A program made the position numbers and the translations under genes. A model generated the notes under the pieces. The model made no database searches, had not been told where the DNA came from, and saw nothing but the letters and a program-made list of their open reading frames with translations. Positions 50,483 to 57,922 of a stretch of DNA of 64,000 nucleotides are shown in pieces. The DNA comes from Chloroflexota bacterium (GTDB taxonomy: Bacteria; Chloroflexota; Anaerolineae; Anaerolineales; E44-bin32), in contig JADFRQ010000002.1 of the NCBI GenBank assembly GCA_022561215.1, positions 5,594 through 69,593 on the forward strand. The letters are read 5' to 3'. The number at the start of each line of letters is the position of its first letter. Positions within the stretch are counted from its first letter, which is position 1.

Positions 50483-52318
50483 ATGTTGAGCGATGAGAAG
50501 GAAGCCCGGCAAAAACTTGGTCGAAAATTAACCCTCGTTCTTCTTCCGTTGGTCCTCATTCCTGCGCTTCTTATCGCTGGAATTGCTTATGGCAATACGC
50601 AATCCGAGTTGGAACACAGAACCAATGAGCAATTGGAAACTGCCCTTCAAGGTCAATTAAGTGTATTGAATGCATTTGTTCTTGAACAAGAAAATTTGCT
50701 CACTCAGCTTGTGATTAGCTCGGCACTCAGGGAGAAATTGATCTCTGCCCTTGGTGATCCGCAGAACAATGACGCTGCGTTGCTGCTTAATAATGAATTA
50801 AAGTTGCTGCAATCCTCTCTTGGAAGCACAAACTCGGCGGGGTTATTCATTCTTAACATGATTAATGGGAAAGTTCTATTTTCGACGGATGATCAATTCG
50901 TTGGTGATGCATTTGTCTTCGAACCACAAATCCTATTTCAAACCGTCCCCCTGGCGAATGACCTTAGATTTGCTTCAAATTCGATTACATTCCTATCCGT
51001 CCTTTCCCTCCAATTGGAGAATTCTATTGAAGGAAATTTTGCTCTGGCAAATATAAGTTCGGCCCGCCGCGTCGAGCAACTGGCCGCTACCATGCATACA
51101 TTCGTATCGAATGACGCTGACGAGCCTACGGCAGCGATCACTTCCTTCATCAGCGTGCGACCAGATATCTACCTGAGACACAATGTGAATGAGCCCCCTT
51201 TTGTGACTTTGAATACCAACGTCGAGCCCGTGTTTGCTGCACTCGATCCCTCGGATCGCGTTCGTTATTTATTTAAGAATGATCAGGGGGAGGAGATATT
51301 CGTAATTGCCCAATGGAGCGCCGCCACGGATATTGCCTTGGGCATCGAAAGCGCAACCGGAAACCTATTCAGCACCAATTCGAGTACGGCGTCCATCCTG
51401 GTCATTAGCATTATCCTGGTAACAACAATTGCCGTGCTGGCCATCCTGGGGGTCACAAATCGGATGTTGCAGCCACTAAGCTCGTTAACTGAACTCGCGC
51501 GGCGAATGACCCAGGGAGATTGGAATTTCCGCGTCGCCGAAGATCGAGATGACGAATTGGGCTATTTAGCAAAATCACTAAACCAGATGGCAAGAGAATT
51601 GGGAGCCCTTTACGAATCTATGGAAAGAAGAGTCGAGGATAGAACCAAGCAGATTCGAATTGCCTCTGAGGTAGCTCGCGCAGTCCTCTCTATCCCCAAT
51701 CTCGATGAGCTGCTGCGCCAGGCTGTCAATTTAATCAAGGATCGATTTGGTTATGATCATGTCTCCATCTTTCTCATCGATAAAGAGGGAAACAATGTTG
51801 TCTTACGAGAATCTTCTAGCGAAGAAAAAGAGGCGCTCAAGACAGTCGGTTATAAATTAAAAATAGGCTCACCATCGATGGTGGGCATGGTGACGGAAAG
51901 CAACGAGCCAAAAATTTTATCAGGGACGAATAATGAACCAGAAATAACAATGGACGAATTGCTTCCTGGAGCGCGTTCCGAGGTTGCAATTCCTCTCCAA
52001 CTGGCCGGCAACTCCCTTGGGGCCCTGGCCATTCAAAGTTACTCGCGCGATGCCTTCAAAACGGAAGATATTGAGGTGCTGCAAACGCTTGCAGATCAGC
52101 TCAGCGCTGCGATTGAAAATGCTCGTTTGGCTCAAGTATCCACAAACGCGGCGGAAAGAGCCCGGCTGGTGAGTGAAATTACCAGCCAGATTAGCGGATT
52201 AAGTGATCCGGGGCAGGTTCTTCACACCACCGCAAAAGCGCTACACAAAGCTTTGGGTGAAGCAGAGATAATAATCAATCTTGTTTCGCCTTCGGATGAT
52301 ATCGAGGATATCGCTTAG
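50483..52318 (+). CDS. Transmembrane sensor-like protein: TM, about 270-aa extracytoplasmic domain, TM, HAMP, GAF, C-terminal half-GAF stub; no output domain
   Basis: TM helices are LTLVLLPLVLIPALLIAGIAY and ILVISIILVTTIAVLAILGV. The HAMP segment is LQPLSSLTELARRMTQGDWNFRVAEDRDDELGYLAKSLNQMAREL. The GAF segment is LDELLRQAVNLIKDRFGYDHVSIFLID..SEVAIPLQLAGNSLGALAIQS..EDIEVLQTLADQLSAAIENARL. Confidence 0.85.
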   Translation: MLSDEKEARQKLGRKLTLVLLPLVLIPALLIAGIAYGNTQSELEHRTNEQLETALQGQLSVLNAFVLEQENLLTQLVISSALREKLISALGDPQNNDAALLLNNELKLLQSSLGSTNSAGLFILNMINGKVLFSTDDQFVGDAFVFEPQILFQTVPLANDLRFASNSITFLSVLSLQLENSIEGNFALANISSARRVEQLAATMHTFVSNDADEPTAAITSFISVRPDIYLRHNVNEPPFVTLNTNVEPVFAALDPSDRVRYLFKNDQGEEIFVIAQWSAATDIALGIESATGNLFSTNSSTASILVISIILVTTIAVLAILGVTNRMLQPLSSLTELARRMTQGDWNFRVAEDRDDELGYLAKSLNQMARELGALYESMERRVEDRTKQIRIASEVARAVLSIPNLDELLRQAVNLIKDRFGYDHVSIFLIDKEGNNVVLRESSSEEKEALKTVGYKLKIGSPSMVGMVTESNEPKILSGTNNEPEITMDELLPGARSEVAIPLQLAGNSLGALAIQSYSRDAFKTEDIEVLQTLADQLSAAIENARLAQVSTNAAERARLVSEITSQISGLSDPGQVLHTTAKALHKALGEAEIIINLVSPSDDIEDIA

Positions 52319-52423
52319 GGGAGGAAGACTCATGCTCGATTGCGTTCACGCCTGCCGCCACTGCTTGTTGGAAGTTCTGCATCGCATCGAATGTGATCGT
52401 ATTCCTGACAGGTAAATTCAGCC

Positions 52424-54664
52424 ATGCTTAATCGTTTCCAAAAATTGCTAGCTGGAACTTCCGACAAGCCTGCCATCGCGCAAAAACAGTACTTGCTCAA
52501 TGTCGTCCTTGCGGCACTCGGCGTGCCCAGCCTGATATTTGGACTGGCGATGTTAATTCTTTGGATGGTGGATGGTTTGCCACCTCCTGGCGTATTCGCC
52601 GGGTTCATCCCCCTGCCCTTCTTCCTGGCTTCCTATTGGCTGAGCCGTCGCGGATTTCAAAATCTTGCCGCGCTTATTCCGACGAGTCTTGTATTCGTCT
52701 TGATGTTGACCTCTCTCTTTCAGGCCGATATGGGACATGTCGTCAGCATTGGATTCGCACTGGTGGTCGTTGCCGCCGGTGTATTGATCGGTCCCGGGAC
52801 TGCTACAATTTTCGCGGCGCTCAGCGTGGGAGCCTTTGGATTGACCTGGTGGCTGCAAGTCAACGGATGGATAACAGGTACATTGCTTCCAGTTGAAAAT
52901 GCCCTCATCGACACCCTAGGGTTAGGGCTTGGGCTTGCTGCCCTTGTCTTATTCAACGGGCTGTATACTCGCGAAATGAGGCGCGCATTACGGGTCGAAC
53001 AAGAACTCACCCGCCACCTTCAAGTTGAGAGCCAGAATTTGGAGGATGAAGTCAAAAATAGGACCCAAAGTTTGGAGCGCAAAGCAACCCAATTGGAGAC
53101 GATTGCTGAAATCGCCCGCCTGGCAAGTGAAATGTTGGATCCGCAGGAATTGATGGACCAGGCCGTCGTGGCAATTCGCTCACGATTCGGCTTTTACCAT
53201 GTTTCTATCTATTTGCTCGATGATACGGGCAACTGGGCCAATCTCGAAGCAAGCACGGGTGAGGCAGGAAAAACGCTTATTACCCAGCACCATAGGCTGG
53301 CAACCGGCAGCGCGAGCATCATTGGTTGGGTAACCACCAACCGGCTTCCGCGGATTAGCATGCGGGTCGCAGATGATCCTTTCTACTTTAAGAATCCGCT
53401 GCTCCCCGATACACAATCCGAATTAAGTGTGCCGCTCATGGTAGGACCCAGGTTATTAGGAGCGCTCGATATCCATAGCTCGCAGCGCGATGGTTTTTCT
53501 GAGGATGACGTTAGGGCCCTTGAAGCCATAGCTGGGGAATTGGCGATTGCGATTGAGAGCAGTCGACTCATTCGACAGACGCAAATGCAGCTGCAGCGAT
53601 TTGAAGCTTCCTATCGCGAATTGGCGCGCCAATCCTGGAGCCGTATCGCCGACGATCCGGGCATAAATAGTGTTCATCTTGGTGGAGCTTCAATCAGAGA
53701 AAAAAATAAAAAATTCGAAACGCTGGAATTGGCGCGCACAAGAGAAGAACCCGTACTCAGCAATGATGAATTGGAGATCGCGGTCCCGGTACAGATGCGC
53801 GGGGAAGTAATCGCCACAATTGGTGCACGAAGAACCGAGCAAGACGATCCCTGGACAGAGGATGATATCGCCCTGCTTAAAGCCGTAGCCAGTCAAACTG
53901 CCCTGGCCCTTGAAAGTGCTCGACAATACACCGAAGAACACCGACGGGTTACCGAATTGGAGGTTATCAATAGAATCAGCCAAGCGGTATCTCAACATAT
54001 TCGCCTTGATTCGCTTTACCGCATTGTGCATGCGCAAATTAATCACGTGTTAGGTGAGACGGATATGTATCTCGCTCTGTACGATCCTGAATTAGAGCTC
54101 TTATCATTCCTATATGTATCGGAAAACAGAGAAGTGATCAAGGTCCCACCGATGCCGCTCGGAGAAAGCTTGCCAGCCCTCATCATTCGAACGCAACAAC
54201 CCTTGTTATTGTCGGAGGACACCGAGCGCCGAGCAAAAGCGCTCGGTGCTGAGGGCGGAGATCGAATAGCGCGCTCTTGGCTGGGGGTGCCGTTGTTAAT
54301 CGGTGATGAAAAGATCGGCATAGTGGTGGTTCAGGATTTTGAAAATGAAAGGCGCTACACAGAGGACGATGTGGCATTAATGACAACCATCGCTAGCCAG
54401 GTCGCTACTGCTCTGCAAAATGCTCAACTGATGGATCAAATTCAACGGACGGCGCGTCGTGAGCGTCTCATTCATGAAATTACCAGTAAGGTTCGCCGAG
54501 CGCCCGATCGCAAGACAATTTTGGAGACAGCGGCAAAGGAGTTAAACCGTGCGCTTAATGCGACCAGCACATTGATCCAACTTCGATCGCAAAGCACCGA
54601 CCAGGAAGCACGCGAGAATCGAAATGCGCAAATTGCAGAACTCGAATCCAAAGGCAAGACATAA
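52424..54664 (+). CDS. Multi-pass membrane GAF protein (about 6 TM, coiled coil, GAF, C-terminal-half-GAF module, GAF, half-GAF stub); no output domain
   Basis: The first about 185 aa are hydrophobic. GAF1 reads PQELMDQAVVAIRSRFGFYHVSIYLLD..SELSVPLMVGPRLLGALDIHS. The later GAF reads LDSLYRIVHAQINHVLGETDMYLALYD..SWLGVPLLIGDEKIGIVVVQD. No H-box, ATPase, GGDEF, EAL, HD or HTH was recognised. Confidence 0.85.
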   Translation: MLNRFQKLLAGTSDKPAIAQKQYLLNVVLAALGVPSLIFGLAMLILWMVDGLPPPGVFAGFIPLPFFLASYWLSRRGFQNLAALIPTSLVFVLMLTSLFQADMGHVVSIGFALVVVAAGVLIGPGTATIFAALSVGAFGLTWWLQVNGWITGTLLPVENALIDTLGLGLGLAALVLFNGLYTREMRRALRVEQELTRHLQVESQNLEDEVKNRTQSLERKATQLETIAEIARLASEMLDPQELMDQAVVAIRSRFGFYHVSIYLLDDTGNWANLEASTGEAGKTLITQHHRLATGSASIIGWVTTNRLPRISMRVADDPFYFKNPLLPDTQSELSVPLMVGPRLLGALDIHSSQRDGFSEDDVRALEAIAGELAIAIESSRLIRQTQMQLQRFEASYRELARQSWSRIADDPGINSVHLGGASIREKNKKFETLELARTREEPVLSNDELEIAVPVQMRGEVIATIGARRTEQDDPWTEDDIALLKAVASQTALALESARQYTEEHRRVTELEVINRISQAVSQHIRLDSLYRIVHAQINHVLGETDMYLALYDPELELLSFLYVSENREVIKVPPMPLGESLPALIIRTQQPLLLSEDTERRAKALGAEGGDRIARSWLGVPLLIGDEKIGIVVVQDFENERRYTEDDVALMTTIASQVATALQNAQLMDQIQRTARRERLIHEITSKVRRAPDRKTILETAAKELNRALNATSTLIQLRSQSTDQEARENRNAQIAELESKGKT

Positions 54665-57105
54665 TGGGGAGCGCGCCTGCCACAGAAAAATCTCGATCCA
54701 GCCGGCTTAGCCTGGGGGTGCGGCTTACCCTACTCACCTTGACCCTGGTCCTTATTCCTCTGTTCTTGATCGCAGGAGGTGCTTATCTCCGCGCCGCAGA
54801 CCTTCTGAAAAATCAAACGAACCCAGAAATAACAGCTGCTTTAAGTGATTTGGCGCCAATTACGATCGGCCTGGTTGTGGCAGCGACGCTTTTAATTCTT
54901 ATTTTGGTGCCTTTGATCTCGCGCCGATTTCTGCGTCCCTTGGATGCCCTTATTACGTTCTCCGAACGCCTCGCTGCCGGCGATTTGAAATACCGCGTTT
55001 CTACAAACAAGAATGATGAGATTGGTCGCCTTGCCCAGTCGCTCAATCACATGGCCGATGAGCTCAATGAGTTTTACATGACTCTGGAAGCACGCGTTCT
55101 CCAGCGAACGAAAGAAATTCGCCTTGCGGCTGAGATGGCGCGTGACGCCGCGGCAAGCCGTGATGTCGATCAATTATTTAAAGAGACCTTGCATTTGATT
55201 TCAGATAAATTCACCTTTTATCACAGCGGCATCTTCATGCTTGATGATGATCGCCAGACAGTGCAGCTCAAGGCCGCTTCATCGGAAGGCGGAAGGCGGA
55301 TGCTCAATCGAGGACATAGTCTTCCGGTCGGCAAAACTGGGCTGGTCGGTTATGCAACAGATACAGGCGAAACTCGCCTCATGCAGCGTATCGGGGAAGA
55401 TCCTCATTATTTCGCCAACCCAGATCTCCCTGAAACACAATCGGAAATTGTTCTGCCCTTAATTGTCTCCGGCGAAATCATCGGCGCACTGGACGTGCAA
55501 AGTAGACAGCTCGACGCATTCTCGGAGGCCGATGTTCTCATCCTCCAAATTATCGCAGATCAACTCGCTGTTGCCCTTGAAAACACACGCCTGCATAAGA
55601 GACAGATCGCGCTTACGGATCAGAGAAGCAAAGTTATCGAGCTTTTCAATGTTCTCAGCCAGCAGACCAACTACGACAAATTAGTGGAGGAAATCCCGAA
55701 CGCGATTCGCGAATCATTTGGGCTAAGTCGAGTGACTTTGGGATTGGTTGAAGGCGAAAACGTAGTTGTTCGCAGTGTTTCGTCTGCGGAAAGTGCCCTG
55801 CTTCCTTCGCCGGTTGACACGAGCCCGATTGGGCAAGGGGTTCTGGGTAAAACCGTGGTGATGAAAAGCACGCAGAAATTGACTTTGCAGCCGCTGCATG
55901 AGTTAGAAACGCAGGATCCGCGCCAATCTATATCGAACACAATCCTCGCGATTCCATTAATCATTCGCGACAAGGTCATCGGTTCTCTGGCATTTGAAAG
56001 TGGTTCCAAAAATGAACTAGACAAAGACGAAATTGAAGCATTGGAGATTATCGCCTCCCAGACAGCCTTCGCGCTGGAAAATGTTCGCCTATTTGAAGAA
56101 ATGCAATTAAGTTTGCAACAGATGGATTCGCTCCATCGCCAGCAAACCGCCAGCGTTTGGGCTCAACTGCTTGATGAACCATCCAAGCAGGGTGATGCGA
56201 AAGTTGAATATGGGTTTCCCGATTCTGCGGCAAGCAGAGAAGATCCTGGCATAGAAACGTCGATCGAGCTACGTGGAGAAGTAATCGGAAATATGGCTCT
56301 GCGCGGCATCCGCACTGGTGAATGGTCTCAAGAAGACCGTGACATCCTCAAAGCCGTTGCGGATGAACTCGCCAATGCCTTGGAACAAACCAGACTCCTT
56401 GAGGAGATCAACCGCAGAGTTGCACAGCTTCAAACGGCCGCGGAAATTGCCCGCAGTGCCAGCAGCCTTATGGATCTCGATTCTCTCCTCGAGCGTGCGG
56501 TAAGCCTTGTGCAGCAGAGATTCAATTTCTATCATGTTTCCATTTATCTCATCAGTGAATCGGGGTCAGAGATGATCCTTTATGCAGCGGCAGGAAGCGA
56601 GAGTATCGAGCTCAATGCCGTAGAACCCAAGATATTAAGTTCTTCGAATTCGGTGGTCGCCAAGGTCGTGCAAAGCGGGAAACACTTCGCCGCAAATGAC
56701 ACAGAATTGGACCCCGATTATGGGCATAATCCGCTGCTGCCAGAAACACGCTCTGAGCTGGGAATCCCGCTCAAGATCGGGGCAAGCGTGATTGGCGTAT
56801 TCGATGTCCACCATGATGAGCCCCATGCATTTAGCGATGACACTATTTCAGTGCTGCGTATTCTTGCTGATCAAGTTGCCATCGCCGTCCAAAATGTGCG
56901 CTTATTCGAACAGACCTATTTGCGCGCCGAGCGCAAAAAATCCGTGGTCAGCATTACGAGTCGCATTCGCGAGACGCGCGATGTTGATAGTATGCTGCAG
57001 ACTGCCCTTAGCGAACTTCATTCCGTGTTGGGAGCTCAGCGCGGAAGAATTCAACTCACGAATGAATCGAAATCCCTGCGGACAGGCATCAATGCAATAG
57101 AATAG
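54664..57105 (+). CDS. Transmembrane HAMP + multi-GAF protein (2 TM, HAMP, GAF, GAF, C-terminal-half-GAF module, GAF, half-GAF stub); no output domain
   Basis: The start ATG overlaps the upstream stop (TAATG). The HAMP segment is LRPLDALITFSERLAAGDLKYRVSTNKNDEIGRLAQSLNHMADEL. GAF cores include FYHSGIFMLDD..SEIVLPLIVSGEIIGALDVQS and FYHVSIYLISE..SELGIPLKIGASVIGVFDVHH. Confidence 0.85.
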   Translation: MGSAPATEKSRSSRLSLGVRLTLLTLTLVLIPLFLIAGGAYLRAADLLKNQTNPEITAALSDLAPITIGLVVAATLLILILVPLISRRFLRPLDALITFSERLAAGDLKYRVSTNKNDEIGRLAQSLNHMADELNEFYMTLEARVLQRTKEIRLAAEMARDAAASRDVDQLFKETLHLISDKFTFYHSGIFMLDDDRQTVQLKAASSEGGRRMLNRGHSLPVGKTGLVGYATDTGETRLMQRIGEDPHYFANPDLPETQSEIVLPLIVSGEIIGALDVQSRQLDAFSEADVLILQIIADQLAVALENTRLHKRQIALTDQRSKVIELFNVLSQQTNYDKLVEEIPNAIRESFGLSRVTLGLVEGENVVVRSVSSAESALLPSPVDTSPIGQGVLGKTVVMKSTQKLTLQPLHELETQDPRQSISNTILAIPLIIRDKVIGSLAFESGSKNELDKDEIEALEIIASQTAFALENVRLFEEMQLSLQQMDSLHRQQTASVWAQLLDEPSKQGDAKVEYGFPDSAASREDPGIETSIELRGEVIGNMALRGIRTGEWSQEDRDILKAVADELANALEQTRLLEEINRRVAQLQTAAEIARSASSLMDLDSLLERAVSLVQQRFNFYHVSIYLISESGSEMILYAAAGSESIELNAVEPKILSSSNSVVAKVVQSGKHFAANDTELDPDYGHNPLLPETRSELGIPLKIGASVIGVFDVHHDEPHAFSDDTISVLRILADQVAIAVQNVRLFEQTYLRAERKKSVVSITSRIRETRDVDSMLQTALSELHSVLGAQRGRIQLTNESKSLRTGINAIE

Positions 57106-57151
57106 GAAAAAGTTCGAGAACCCAGACATTATCCCCATCCCAAGGACACGT

Positions 57152-57922
57152 ATGACTTACAAAATCGCGGTGGCCAATCAAAAAGGCGGCGTAGCGAAAA
57201 CAACAACGACACTTTCATTAGGTGCCTCATTCACAGAAAATGGATTTAAGGTTCTGCTCATCGATCTCGATCCTCAAGCGAATCTGACATTGGCGCTTGG
57301 TTTTAAGCCAACGGTGCTTGAGGGAGCGATGGGCGATGTGCTCCTCGGCGGAAAAATGCTTTCGGAGATTGTGCTTAAAACCGCGCAAGAAAATCTCAAT
57401 CTCGCGCCGTCCAATGACGAAATGCAACTTGCGGATCGTTTCCTGGGAATGAGGGATAATTTTGAACGAATTCTGCTGGATGCTTTCAACGATGTGCGCG
57501 AGTACGACTATATTCTAATGGATTGTCCTCCAGCGATTGGCCCGCTCACCCAATGCGCACTAACTGCAGCCGATCTTCATATCCTTCCTACGCAATGCGA
57601 GTATTTTTCGGCGCATGCAATTCGATCATCGCTTGCCCTAATACGAGATATCCGCGAAAGGACCAACCCTGCCTTAAGATATCGCGTCCTACTCACAATG
57701 ATCGACTCCTCGAATCAGGTCCATCAAAGCCTTAATCATCAAATTCGAAGAGCATTTAATAACGCAGTATTTGAAACTGAGATTGAAATTGACGGAAAAT
57801 TACGCGAATCTCCTCTCTTCGCAAAACCCATTACGATGTATGCCCCGGAAAGTTTAGGAGCAATCCAGTATCGTCAGTTATCCAGGGAATTGTTAGAAAA
57901 TGGAATCACAGAATCTGCATAA
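57152..57922 (+). CDS. ParA/MinD-family P-loop ATPase (orphan; no ParB nearby)
   Basis: The deviant Walker A reads KIAVANQKGGVAKTTTTLSLGASF. Also present are LLIDLDPQANLT and Walker B-like YDYILMDCPP. The product is 256 aa. Confidence 0.88.
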   Translation: MTYKIAVANQKGGVAKTTTTLSLGASFTENGFKVLLIDLDPQANLTLALGFKPTVLEGAMGDVLLGGKMLSEIVLKTAQENLNLAPSNDEMQLADRFLGMRDNFERILLDAFNDVREYDYILMDCPPAIGPLTQCALTAADLHILPTQCEYFSAHAIRSSLALIRDIRERTNPALRYRVLLTMIDSSNQVHQSLNHQIRRAFNNAVFETEIEIDGKLRESPLFAKPITMYAPESLGAIQYRQLSRELLENGITESA

